51,497 bases of DNA from an uncultured bacterium (GTDB lineage: Bacteria > Planctomycetota > Phycisphaerae > SM23-33 > FEN-1343): assembly GCA_965372365.1 (NCBI GenBank), contig CBDVCA010000004.1, positions 1-51,497 of the forward strand. The letters run 5' to 3'. Position 1 is the first letter of the stretch. The number at the start of each line of letters is the position of its first letter. Below the pieces are notes generated by a model, which was not told the origin of the DNA, did not search any database, and was given only the letters and a program-made list of their open reading frames with translations. The position numbers were made by a program, and so were the translations under genes. Positions 35,504-44,440 of this stretch are shown in pieces.

Positions 35504-36577
35504 TCATTGGCCGCTTGATCCGCTCAGTTCAGCCGCGTACCGCTCAATCGCCGCCACCGCTTCGGCGGCGCCGTCGCTGGCGGCGGCGAGGAGATTTCGG
35601 CTGTAGGCGTCGCGGCCGGCGAGGAATTGCTGGATCATCCGCGAACTGACCTGGTTCCGGGGGGCGTGCATTCCGTATTCCAGTCGCTGGACGGTGGCGG
35701 CGTTGAGCTGCTGTTCGAGGGAGTCTTCGGGCATGAGCAGCAGGGGCTTGCCGAAGTGCATCGCCTCGGAGATGAGCTGGTTGCCGGCCGTCGAGAACAC
35801 CGCTCGGCAGGACGCCAGATCTTCGACGAACTGCGTGTTGCTCAGCGGTCGGAATTCCACGTTCCCGTCGCGACCGTCACGAGGGGCGCCGTACACCCAG
35901 ACCGGCAGATCCAACTCCGTCAGCGCCTGGTGAATGGCGGGGGCGTAGTTCTTCTGGCCGTTGGAGAAGTACACCAACAAGTGTTCGCCGTCGGTCGCCG
36001 ATTTCTCACGAACCGCCGATCGCAAGACCGCCCCGACCACCTTGACGCCTTCTCGCCGGGCGGGGGGCGCGTAGAAGCTGGCGATGACCACGCGATCGGG
36101 GGTTCCGATGAGCTTGCGATACACAACCGCCTCGCCGCGAAGCGCCAGCCGATCTCGCCACGACATGGGCCAGCGGCAGTGGACGAGCACGCCGAAATGA
36201 TCGAAGCTGATCCGGGGGATTTTCATGCGGGCGGCCACGTGGTGCGTCCAGGGCTCCGAATCCGACACGATCACATCCGGGGCGAACGCCTCCAGCGCCT
36301 CGGCCACCATGCCGGAGGCCGGCCCGCCCCAGGACAAGTCCAACATCCCCGGCGCGTTCCGCACGATCGTTCTGAACGTGGACCGCTTGCCGTTGGGTTT
36401 CATTACGAATTTGAGCGTGGGGATGCGAATCACGTCATACGCGGCCGACAATGCGTCGTAGGCGTCGCTGCCGGCGAAGATGAGCAGCTCGTGCCGGCTC
36501 GCCAGTTCCGGCAGCACCGCCAGAGCCCGCATCGCATGTCCTCGCCCGTATCCGTGCACGCCATAAGCGATCTTCAT
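35504..36577 (-). CDS. GT-B glycosyltransferase (MJ1255-like)
   Basis: YGVHGYGRGHAMR; TAGNQLISEA.HFGKP…EQ..NA. Confidence 0.85.
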   Translation of the reverse strand: MKIAYGVHGYGRGHAMRALAVLPELASRHELLIFAGSDAYDALSAAYDVIRIPTLKFVMKPNGKRSTFRTIVRNAPGMLDLSWGGPASGMVAEALEAFAPDVIVSDSEPWTHHVAARMKIPRISFDHFGVLVHCRWPMSWRDRLALRGEAVVYRKLIGTPDRVVIASFYAPPARREGVKVVGAVLRSAVREKSATDGEHLLVYFSNGQKNYAPAIHQALTELDLPVWVYGAPRDGRDGNVEFRPLSNTQFVEDLASCRAVFSTAGNQLISEAMHFGKPLLLMPEDSLEQQLNAATVQRLEYGMHAPRNQVSSRMIQQFLAGRDAYSRNLLAAASDGAAEAVAAIERYAAELSGSSGQ

Positions 36578-36637
36578 AGCAAGGACTTCCCCGGCGCCTT
36601 CGCGCTGTTGTCAGCGATATCCAATCGGGCTCGGCCC

Positions 36638-36670
36638 AATCCGCAATCCGCAATTCGCAATTCGCAATCC
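36638..36670. repeat. Heptamer tandem repeat (AAT(C/T)CGC)n
   Basis: aatccgc aatccgc aattcgc aattcgc aatcc in the gpsA-GT intergenic region. Confidence 0.7.
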
Positions 36671-36671
36671 C

Positions 36672-37688
36672 TCAGGTCCATTCGGCGTCTTCGGCCTTGG
36701 GGCTGCGGGTCATCAGGTCGTCGATGGCCGCGGCTGGGGGTTTGTCGTCGAACAGAACCGAGTGTACCGCCTCGGTGATGGGCATCTCAACGCTATGGCG
36801 CGACGCCAGGGCCAGGACGCTTGCGGTGGTGGCTACGCCTTCGACGACGCTGACCGTGTGGTCGAGGATATCGCTGATCGTGCCCCCGCGGCCGATGGCT
36901 TCGCCGAAGGTGCGATTGCGGCCGTGGGGGGAGACGCAGGTGGTCACGAGGTCTCCCAGGCCCGCCAGGCCGGTGAAGGTTTCCCGACGGGCGCCCATGG
37001 CGACGCCCAGGCGGGCGATTTCGACCAGTCCCCGGGTGAGCAACGCGGCCTTGGCGTTGTCGCCGGAGCCGAGGCCGTCGAGTATCCCGGCGGCGATGGC
37101 GATGACGTTTTTCACCGCCCCGGCCAACTCCACGCCGATCAGATCGGGGTTGGTGTACACCCGGAACGCCGAGGTGGAGAACGACTCCTGGACGAGTGAA
37201 GCCAACCCGGCGTCGTCGGAGGCCGCCGTCGCCGTCGCCGGCAATCGCTGGGCGATTTCACGCGAGATGTTCGGGCCGCTGAGGACGCCGATCGGCCACC
37301 GGGCGTCGGTGTTTTCGGTCAGTACGTCAACGAGCACCTCGGTGGGCCGCAGCAGCGTACCGTTCTCGATGCCCTTGGCCACGCTGACGATCGGCGTACC
37401 CGGCCGGCAGTGCGGCCGCAGGCGCCGCCAGGTGTCTCGGATGAACTGCGTCGGCGTCGCGGCCAGGACCAGTTCGGCCCCCTCGAACGCGTCGGCCTCG
37501 TCGGCGGTGAACGTGATCCCGTCGGGGAAACGCACGCCGGGCAGGTAGCGCGTATTCTCCGGGTCGGCTTCGAGGCGCTCGATGGCTTCGCCAAAAAAGC
37601 TCCACAGCCGCAGGCGGTGGCCGTTGTCGGCCAGAAGGAGGGCGCAGACCGTCGCCATCGCGCCGTCGCCTATAATGGTCACGTTCAT
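36672..37688 (-). CDS. gpsA: NAD(P)H-dependent glycerol-3-phosphate dehydrogenase
   Basis: IIGDGAMA, AKGIE, LSGPN, VE..GAVKNVIAIAAG, GLGDLVTTC, RNRTFG. Confidence 0.95.
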   Translation of the reverse strand: MNVTIIGDGAMATVCALLLADNGHRLRLWSFFGEAIERLEADPENTRYLPGVRFPDGITFTADEADAFEGAELVLAATPTQFIRDTWRRLRPHCRPGTPIVSVAKGIENGTLLRPTEVLVDVLTENTDARWPIGVLSGPNISREIAQRLPATATAASDDAGLASLVQESFSTSAFRVYTNPDLIGVELAGAVKNVIAIAAGILDGLGSGDNAKAALLTRGLVEIARLGVAMGARRETFTGLAGLGDLVTTCVSPHGRNRTFGEAIGRGGTISDILDHTVSVVEGVATTASVLALASRHSVEMPITEAVHSVLFDDKPPAAAIDDLMTRSPKAEDAEWT

Positions 37689-37769
37689 AAGGCACGTCAG
37701 GGTAACAAGGTCGGCCTCGCGTGTCCACCGCGACTTGACGGCCGGCGCCGCCGATGGTAGCGTGACGGC

Positions 37770-38846
37770 ATGGACTCCCAACCCACCATTTCGCCGGCCT
37801 TCAAAGTGGCCGAGTGGATCGGCGACGCCAAGACCGGTTGCCTGCGGCTTCTGGACCAGACCCTCCTTCCCGCCCGGACCGTCTACATCGACTGCACCAC
37901 CACCGAACTGGTCTGGGACGCCATCAAGCGCCTGGCCGTCCGTGGCGCGCCAGCCATCGGTGTGGCCGCGGCGTACGGGATGGTGGTGGCCGCTCAGGAG
38001 GCCGATGCCGAAGCCGGATTGAACGAGTCGGCGTGGCGAGAGGCGATAGCGGTCAAGGCCGAGTATCTCAAACAGTGTCGCCCCACGGCGGTCAACTTGA
38101 TGTGGGCGGTGGATCGCGCCGCGTCCTGCCTCACCGGCGTGGGGCTGGGTAAAGCGGGCGAGCGACTGCTCGCGGAGGCGAAGGCGATCGCTCGCGAGGA
38201 CGCCGCCAGTTGCCAGGCGATCGGCCGGTACGCTGCGCCGCTGATCGAACGGTGCAGCGGCGTGCTGACCCACTGCAACGCCGGCGCCCTGGCCACCGCC
38301 GGGATCGGCACCGCCACCGCCGGAATGTACCTGGCCCACGCCGCCGACCACGCGTTTTGCGTGTACTGCGACGAGACCCGCCCGCTGCTGCAAGGCAGTC
38401 GACTGACGGCGTGGGAACTGGCCGCAGCCGGGATCAACGCGGTGGTCATCACCGACAACATGGCCGCCCAAGTGATGCGGGAGGGGCGCGTGCAGATGGT
38501 GATCACCGGCGCCGATCGTATCGCCGCCAACGGCGACGCGGCCAACAAGATCGGCACCTACGGCGTGGCGATCATGGCCCGCCACCACGGGATACCCTTC
38601 TATGTGGCGGCGCCGGCCAGTACGTTCGATATGGACCTGGCGTCAGGCAAGAGCATCCCCATCGAGCAGCGTGGGGCCGAGGAGATTACCGAAGGCTTCG
38701 GTCGGCGGACGGCCCCCGACGGCATCGCCGTATACGCCCCGGCCTTCGACGTTACCGGGGCCGAACTGATCACCGCCATTATCACCGACCGAGGCGTCAT
38801 CGAGCCGGTCACCATGGCCAACGTGCGGAAGGTCATCGGCGGATGA
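37770..38846 (+). CDS. mtnA: S-methyl-5-thioribose-1-phosphate isomerase
   Basis: LLDQT.LP, VRGAPAIG, RPTAVNL, THCNAG.LAT, ETRPLLQG.RLT, NKIGTY, PAFDVT. Confidence 0.95.
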   Translation: MDSQPTISPAFKVAEWIGDAKTGCLRLLDQTLLPARTVYIDCTTTELVWDAIKRLAVRGAPAIGVAAAYGMVVAAQEADAEAGLNESAWREAIAVKAEYLKQCRPTAVNLMWAVDRAASCLTGVGLGKAGERLLAEAKAIAREDAASCQAIGRYAAPLIERCSGVLTHCNAGALATAGIGTATAGMYLAHAADHAFCVYCDETRPLLQGSRLTAWELAAAGINAVVITDNMAAQVMREGRVQMVITGADRIAANGDAANKIGTYGVAIMARHHGIPFYVAAPASTFDMDLASGKSIPIEQRGAEEITEGFGRRTAPDGIAVYAPAFDVTGAELITAIITDRGVIEPVTMANVRKVIGG

Positions 38847-38921
38847 GATTGGGTATTGATGTACTGCCCCTCATCGTGGGTTCATGACGGATTAGCGGGG
38901 AGTTCTCACGGTCGGCGATCT

Positions 38922-39068
38922 GCCGTTACTAGCCCCCTGCAGTGCAGGGGGTCGCCGGACCGACGGTGTTCGGTCGGTGGCTTCGATGTCGATGGTCTCG
39001 AAGCGGCGGTTGGATCCAAAGATCGTGGGTTCACACGTCTTTCGACCCCCCGCACTGCGGGGGGCTAG
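38922..39068. mobile_element. REPIN/MITE-like element (CTAG-flanked, palindromic ends)
   Basis: GCCGTTA-CTAG-CCCCCTGCAGTGCAGGGGG…CCCCCCGCACTGCGGGGGG-CTAG; interior similar to 51139-51278. Confidence 0.85.
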
Positions 39069-39227
39069 TACTCCGTCACACCAAAACCTACTAACTCCGC
39101 TTGTGGCGAACGGTCATCTGCTTCGTCAGAAAAACTCGGCATATCCTCGAATATGCCATCGTCTTTCTTCCTTGCATCTGACCATCCGGCACGGCGCGGA
39201 CTTAGCATGTTTTGGTGTGACGCAGTA
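39069..39227. mobile_element. Second MITE (159 bp) inserted with CTAG target duplication
   Basis: 32-bp TIRs TACTCCGTCACACCAAAACC… / …GTTTTGGTGTGACGCAGTA; CTAG at 39065-68 and 39228-31; empty site visible at 51275. Confidence 0.8.
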
Positions 39228-39278
39228 CTAGTAACGGAAAGCACGCATCCGACCTGCTTCCCGCCGTCGGGAGTCTGG

Positions 39279-39959
39279 TCAGGCGGCTTGTGACCGTTGG
39301 TAGACCTGCTGCGCCATTCGGACGACGACGGGGTCGAATTGTTGTCCGCTGCATCGTTGAAGCTCAAACAGGGCCTGGGCAATGGATCGCGCCCGGGCGT
39401 AGGGCCGGTCGGTCAGCATGCTGACGAGGGCGTCGGCCACGCAGAGGGTCTGGGCTTGGCGAGCCTCCGCCCGGGGCAGGGCGTCGGCGGATGTGTCGGA
39501 GGCATAGGGCCTGTGGTGGTGCAGAATCAAGTTGACCGTCAATCGGTCGGCGCCCCAGGATTCGGCGATTCGAGCGCCGAGCAGGCTGTGGGTGGCCATC
39601 ACTTCTCGTTCGGCGTCGGTTAACCTCGCCGGCTTGGCCAGCAGGGATTCATCGATCATGCATTTGCCGACGTCGTGGAGCAGTCCGGCCACATGGAGCC
39701 TGCGAACCGCCATCTCTCCCAGACCCAGCCCGCGGCCGAGTCGGGCGGCCATGGCCGCGACGGTCCGACAATGGATCGAAAGGTGTTGTTGTTGGGTCGG
39801 TCCGAGGCCGGACCAACGGTTGCGAAGAAAGCGGCTTCGTCGGCTCGTTACGCCGGAAAAACCGGCGGTCTCGAAGCCCATGTCGGCGGCTTGGTCTTGA
39901 CATACGGCGCTACGGTTGGCGTCATCACGCATAGGTGGTTTCCCTCCGGCTACGTTCAT
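39279..39959 (-). CDS. HD-GYP-like domain protein
   Basis: H…V…LLHDVGK…KP.RLT..E…HS…HHH…VAD…M…RPY…G.QFDP; GYP motif not conserved. Confidence 0.8.
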   Translation of the reverse strand: MNVAGGKPPMRDDANRSAVCQDQAADMGFETAGFSGVTSRRSRFLRNRWSGLGPTQQQHLSIHCRTVAAMAARLGRGLGLGEMAVRRLHVAGLLHDVGKCMIDESLLAKPARLTDAEREVMATHSLLGARIAESWGADRLTVNLILHHHRPYASDTSADALPRAEARQAQTLCVADALVSMLTDRPYARARSIAQALFELQRCSGQQFDPVVVRMAQQVYQRSQAA

Positions 39960-40051
39960 CCATGTACACGCTCAGGAACTGAATTCCCCCTGCATCCTGC
40001 TGAGCGGCAATACGGAGTTCACCCGTTCTCTGCGGCGAACACCACTGATAT

Positions 40052-40133
40052 CAGCCCGTTGAAAAAGCTGTTCCTGCTGCGACCGGCTCAAGGGTCTTCG
40101 CGTCTGCGGCGGAACCCATTCTTCAACGAACTG
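40052..40133. mobile_element. Short MITE, deletion derivative of the 16262-16419 element
   Basis: Same CAGCCCGTTGAAAAAGCTGTTCCTGCT left end and GGAACCCATT..TTCAACG.ACTG right end. Confidence 0.7.
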
Positions 40134-40337
40134 CTAGGATGTACTTCGGCCTAACGGGGGCAAGGCTTTAGGAAAGGACACTTGTAAAGCTATCCCATGT
40201 CAGTGGTTATAATCCTGTATTCTCCTTGCGATCCCTACGCGCCTCACAGGCCCACCAGACCGACGCCCGGCCAGACGGTACAGGCGGCAGAACCGATTTG
40301 AACCGGCATCGAGTGTCGTGACCGGCTCAATCGATCT

Positions 40338-40551
40338 GCCGTTACTAGCCCCCTGCAGTGCAGGGGGTCGCTGGACCGCTGGTGCTCCCGCTGTTGGTCG
40401 GAGGGACGGGGAAGCTCTATCTATCCTATGACGGGTTCACACGTCATAGGATAGCTTCACACGTCTCTTGACCCCCCGCAGTGCGGGGGGCTAGTACTCC
40501 GTCACATCAAAACCTACTAACTCCGCTTGTGGCGAACGGTCATCTGCTTCG
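40338..40551. mobile_element. REPIN/MITE-like element plus truncated left end of the nested MITE
   Basis: CTAG 40345 and 40491 with palindromic ends; 40495-40551 nearly identical to 39069-39125, then breaks off. Confidence 0.8.
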
Positions 40552-40764
40552 GTCCCGGCGGCGGGTGGGGCGGACAAGCCGGCACCTGCCGGCGACCCAA
40601 CGGTCGAGGTCGGTCGGGCGGAATCGAAGCTGCCCTCCATATTTGACGTGCCGCGGCCCGCGGTCGTTGGCGAGCAGGTTGTACAGGTGCCCCAGCGAGA
40701 TCTCCAGGTACGCCGCGGCCTCGGCGCTGGTCATCGGGAAATGCCTCAGTTTTGTCGCTTGCAT
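40540..40764 (-). CDS. Excisionase/AlpA-like HTH protein
   Basis: MTSAEAAAYLEIS..HLYN….RGP…K.GG.LRFR..DLDRW. Confidence 0.8.
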   Translation of the reverse strand: MQATKLRHFPMTSAEAAAYLEISLGHLYNLLANDRGPRHVKYGGQLRFRPTDLDRWVAGRCRLVRPTRRRDRSR

Positions 40765-40796
40765 CGTGGCCCCCTTCATGGGTTCAGTCGGCCCGT

Positions 40797-41126
40797 TCAC
40801 GAACTCATCCGAACCCATTGCCGCCAGAGTCGCCGGGCGTTGGTGGGACGGAGGGTCGCCGATTGGAGAAACGCGAGTTGCTCGATCGTGCCGCCCAGGT
40901 CGAGGAAGCTCTGGGGGCTGCACCTGCCCAAGCCGATGAGAAGTCGCAGCTTGGCGGTCATCTCCAATTGCTCCACGGCCGACCGTGTTAGTCCCATGCG
41001 GCCGGCGATTTCGGTCTGCGTGTAGGTCGTCTGCCGGCCTTGGGCGGCCAGGGCGTCCTGCTCTGCCGAAAGCCGACCCAGGGCCTCGGTTCGATCGTCG
41101 GTGAATGACGTGGTTCCAGCGATCAT
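40797..41126 (-). CDS. Sigma70-region-4-like HTH protein
   Basis: YTQTEIAGRMGLTRSAVEQLE..A..RL; GGAGGA RBS. Confidence 0.65.
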   Translation of the reverse strand: MIAGTTSFTDDRTEALGRLSAEQDALAAQGRQTTYTQTEIAGRMGLTRSAVEQLEMTAKLRLLIGLGRCSPQSFLDLGGTIEQLAFLQSATLRPTNARRLWRQWVRMSS

Positions 41127-41127
41127 C

Positions 41128-41445
41128 CTATCTCCTCCAGGTTGCTCGCGCCCCATTGCGCTGCTGCATCGTCTCGGCGGGATGCGGATCGGCCCCGTAG
41201 CGGCGCCGACAATGGTCCCCCCAGGCGTGGTCGTCGGTTTCGAAGGGGGTGTTGGCGGCCGCGAAATCGGCCAGATCAACCGCGCCAAGCGCCGCCAACG
41301 CCATCATAAAGGCCGGATCGACCGTGTAGCCGCCTTGCTCAATCGCCCGGCCGACGATCTCGGCCAGCTCACAGGGAGTTCTCCAGGCGACCAGCCAGGC
41401 CGCGTACAGATCCCGGTCGGCGTACGCATCTTCCAAGAGGATCAT
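41128..41445 (-). CDS. Hypothetical phage protein
   Basis: In operon with the xis-like gene; tight spacing. Confidence 0.5.
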   Translation of the reverse strand: MILLEDAYADRDLYAAWLVAWRTPCELAEIVGRAIEQGGYTVDPAFMMALAALGAVDLADFAAANTPFETDDHAWGDHCRRRYGADPHPAETMQQRNGARATWRR

Positions 41446-41551
41446 AAACCCACCCCTATAGAACCGTTGAGGCCGGGAGCCGCCCCCAGACCGAACGCCG
41501 GCCCGACAACGGTTCGACTCCTCGTATCCTCATCCCGTTTCATTGAGATGG

Positions 41552-41580
41552 ATAGTACTGGATATCCACACGTAGGTCAA
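41552..41580 (-). promoter_or_regulatory. Sigma70-like leftward promoter
   Basis: TTGACC-N17-TACTAT; ATG of a 33-aa ORF (41543-41442) lies 8 nt downstream. Confidence 0.55.
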
Positions 41581-41790
41581 GGATAATCTTCGATATTGTC
41601 GTGGCCGTGGCGTAATGGCGAGATTGCAACGATTTGGACCTGTTCAGCCTTCAAGCGGGGCGCCATGTATGTACCTTCTATGCACTGTGGGCGTCACACA
41701 TCGTCGGCGTCAGATCGTCGTACGGCAGAAAAAGCAATATCGGGGCTGATAGGTCTTGACCTATTAGCCAAAAATGGCGACACTGTACAC

Positions 41791-42186
41791 ATGGCCATCA
41801 AAAGAAATGCAAGCGAGCAAGTGGCTTATAGAATTGAGCCGGAACTATCCACGGCATGGGCTGAATTCGTATCCGACAGTCTCATCCCCAATCGCGCTCA
41901 TCACGCGTGTGCAACGCTCCTGTATCTTGGCGCCGCGGCCTCGTTACGCGATGCGGTGCAGCGTTTGTATGCGCGGTTCCAGCGATCGGGCGAATTGCAG
42001 CTTCCCTCGGTATCGGCGGAGGCATCGGCCGACCCGATGTCGGCCGATGAACGTGACTTGCTGGTCGCCTACCGCGCCGCCACCGAAGAGGCGAGGGACG
42101 AGGCTATCGCGAACCTCCTCGAGCAACCCGGCTCAGTTTCCCGCAAAGCCGGCACCTCCGAAAAGCGCGACCACCGTGTTGGATGA
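41791..42186 (+). CDS. Putative phage repressor-like regulator
   Basis: C-terminal MSADERDLLVAYR..T.E.R motif common to phage XRE-type repressors; divergent from the xis operon; TTGACC-N17-GACACT 6 nt before ATG. Confidence 0.5.
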   Translation: MAIKRNASEQVAYRIEPELSTAWAEFVSDSLIPNRAHHACATLLYLGAAASLRDAVQRLYARFQRSGELQLPSVSAEASADPMSADERDLLVAYRAATEEARDEAIANLLEQPGSVSRKAGTSEKRDHRVG

Positions 42187-42420
42187 TCAGGAACGACAGG
42201 GAAGGCTTCTCGCCAACTTCCACGGTTACAGGAATCTGCGCGGGCGCGTCGACGAGCCGAATATTGGATTTGGGAGTACGCACTTGAGACATGGACTCTC
42301 CTGATACTTCTTGTACCCCCCGAAAAGAATATGCGAGTATGGTACCACAGTCGGCCCGGTTCGTCAATATCAAAAGGCCCCTGCGAATTGGTGTAAGAGG
42401 CTGTTGGGGAAGGGATAGAG

Positions 42421-43131
42421 CTATGTGGGTCCGATACGGCTCTGGGTGCGGCGAACGTACTCGATGACGATTTCGTGCACCTCGGTCGGCTTGGCGATCA
42501 TGACCCAGCCGGCTTCCATACGTCCGGTTCCGGCGGTGGCGAACAGCACCGTTCCCAAGCCGAACACCCTCTCGCCAAACGACAGCGACAGCACCGTATT
42601 CTGGATCCGACTCAACGGGCACTCGAAGATACTGATCCGCAGCACGCCCTTGACCCGGATGATACGGTGATTGGTCAGCACGTACACGCGGCTGAGCCAC
42701 TGAAGGCAGGACAGCAGTATCCGCACCAAAGCCGAAGCGACGCAGAGCAGCGCCACCGAATGGAGCGGCAACTGGATGATGTTGAAGCTATCCAACGAGT
42801 AGGCCGCCACGCCGAGGACAAACACGGCGAGGATGAACGGGCCGCTGGCCAGCAGGATGAAGAATCCGCCGGGTTTGAGCGCCAGGATGACCTCTTCGCC
42901 GTCCTGGATGAGGCGGGCGGGCAGCACGACCGGCTCGGGTAGTTCATGGGTGTGGCTGGGCTGAGCCATCGCGGCCATCGCCGGTTTGAGGGGTCTGGTT
43001 TCCAGGACTTTCATCGAATCCCACTTCCACCAACCGACAGTTCCGGGCTCGACCTCGCGTTCGGCCGCAGTGCGCCCACGTGTCGGGGCCGATAGACGGT
43101 TCGGCCTCGGCCCCAGTAGATCATCGGTCAC
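42421..43131 (-). CDS. Membrane protein with bacterial PH domain (YdbS-like)
   Basis: GEEVI…KP, two TM helices, Y.LTN.RII…G…PL.RIQ…R.FG.GTV. Confidence 0.8.
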   Translation of the reverse strand: MTDDLLGPRPNRLSAPTRGRTAAEREVEPGTVGWWKWDSMKVLETRPLKPAMAAMAQPSHTHELPEPVVLPARLIQDGEEVILALKPGGFFILLASGPFILAVFVLGVAAYSLDSFNIIQLPLHSVALLCVASALVRILLSCLQWLSRVYVLTNHRIIRVKGVLRISIFECPLSRIQNTVLSLSFGERVFGLGTVLFATAGTGRMEAGWVMIAKPTEVHEIVIEYVRRTQSRIGPT

Positions 43132-43712
43132 CGGAGCCCTTTCAGTACGACAATATCGGGAAGATTGCGGTAGTAGTCGTCGAAGTCCATACCGTAGCCG
43201 ACCACGAACTTGTCGGGGATGTCGAAGCCGACGTAATCGGCTTTGGCCAGTCCGTTGTCGGCTCGGCGGGACGGGGGCTTGGCCACCAGGACGCAGGTGT
43301 GGATCTCCACGGCCCCGGCGGCGCGGACATCCGCCGCGGCTCGTCCCAGCGTGCGACCGCTGTCGAGAATATCGTCGACAATCAGCACGTGTTGCCCCGA
43401 AAGATCCTCCGGCAGCGGCGATTGGACCGTCAGCGGCCCGCTGCGAGTCGCTTTCCCGGGGTAGCTGCTCATCTCGCTCAGGTGGATTTTCATCATCACC
43501 GGCAACTGGCGGATCAGGTCGGCTACGAAGATCAGCGACCCGGTCATCAACGCCGCGAGGGTCAGCGACTGGTCGCCAAGATCCGCCGCGATCGCCGCTC
43601 CCAGGTCCGCCACGCGTTGGGCGATCCGTTCACGGTGTACGAGAACCTCTCCGGCGCGCGCCCGCAATGGATCGGAACCGTCTGCTGATAACACGATGGC
43701 GACTCTCCACAT
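43128..43712 (-). CDS. hpt: Hypoxanthine phosphoribosyltransferase
   Basis: GS..F.ADL.R, SSY, VLIVDDILDSGRTL, FVVGYGMD….YRNLP. Confidence 0.93.
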   Translation of the reverse strand: MWRVAIVLSADGSDPLRARAGEVLVHRERIAQRVADLGAAIAADLGDQSLTLAALMTGSLIFVADLIRQLPVMMKIHLSEMSSYPGKATRSGPLTVQSPLPEDLSGQHVLIVDDILDSGRTLGRAAADVRAAGAVEIHTCVLVAKPPSRRADNGLAKADYVGFDIPDKFVVGYGMDFDDYYRNLPDIVVLKGLR

Positions 43713-43805
43713 ACAACGTCAAACCTGAACTGCCAATAGCGGCTATGCTATCGGCGCCGGCTCGAAGCCGCAATAGGCTGCAGGCGCGGCGGCGCGGCGG
43801 TTGTC

Positions 43806-44264
43806 TCAGACGTGAACGCTGACGTCGGCGATCTTGGGGTGGACGAGTCTGGAGTAGTCAGAGAAGTCCATCTCGATCGCGTCTCGATGACTCCCGGCGG
43901 CGAAGAGTATTTGCTCATCGTCGGCGAGGTGAGTGTCGACCAGCGTGATCATGTCATAGAGATTGCCCATTGGCGGCTCAGACCCGATCTCAGCGTCGGG
44001 GAACAGGTCGGCCATCGTGCTCTCCTCGGCCAACCGGCAGTCGGAGGCGCCCAGCGCCTTGCCGAGTTTGGCCAAGTCCAGCTTGTAGCAAGCCGGCAAT
44101 ACGCACATCACATACCGCCCGTCCGCACGAACGATCACGGTCTTGGCCACGTTCATCCCCGCCGTATGTTCTTCGGCGGCCAACTCTTGGGCCGTATACG
44201 CCGGTTGGTGAACGCGACGCTCAAACCAAACGCCTTGCTCTCGCAAGTAGTTCTCCACTTTCAT
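43806..44264 (-). CDS. YbaK/EbsC-family aminoacyl-tRNA deacylase
   Basis: H..AYTAQE.A…VAKTVI…V.PA…LA.E…FPD.E.G..PP.G…AGSH. Confidence 0.88.
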   Translation of the reverse strand: MKVENYLREQGVWFERRVHQPAYTAQELAAEEHTAGMNVAKTVIVRADGRYVMCVLPACYKLDLAKLGKALGASDCRLAEESTMADLFPDAEIGSEPPMGNLYDMITLVDTHLADDEQILFAAGSHRDAIEMDFSDYSRLVHPKIADVSVHV

Positions 44265-44440
44265 GATTGCTTCCTTTCCGGCTCACACGGCCGAACGCTT
44301 CGCTGAAGTGTCTTCAGCAACTTGCACGTACCCCACTGTATTTTAGGCCGCCGGCCTGTGACCGGCAACTTCATCTCAAGCATACCGAACGGTATGTAAG
44401 CGGTGCGCCTCGGGGCCGACGCGTCGAGGGAGGGCGGCAA

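Noticed and set aside
41505-41535. tRNA or att site from GGTTCGACTCC
   Set aside because: The T-stem does not pair and no cloverleaf can be formed
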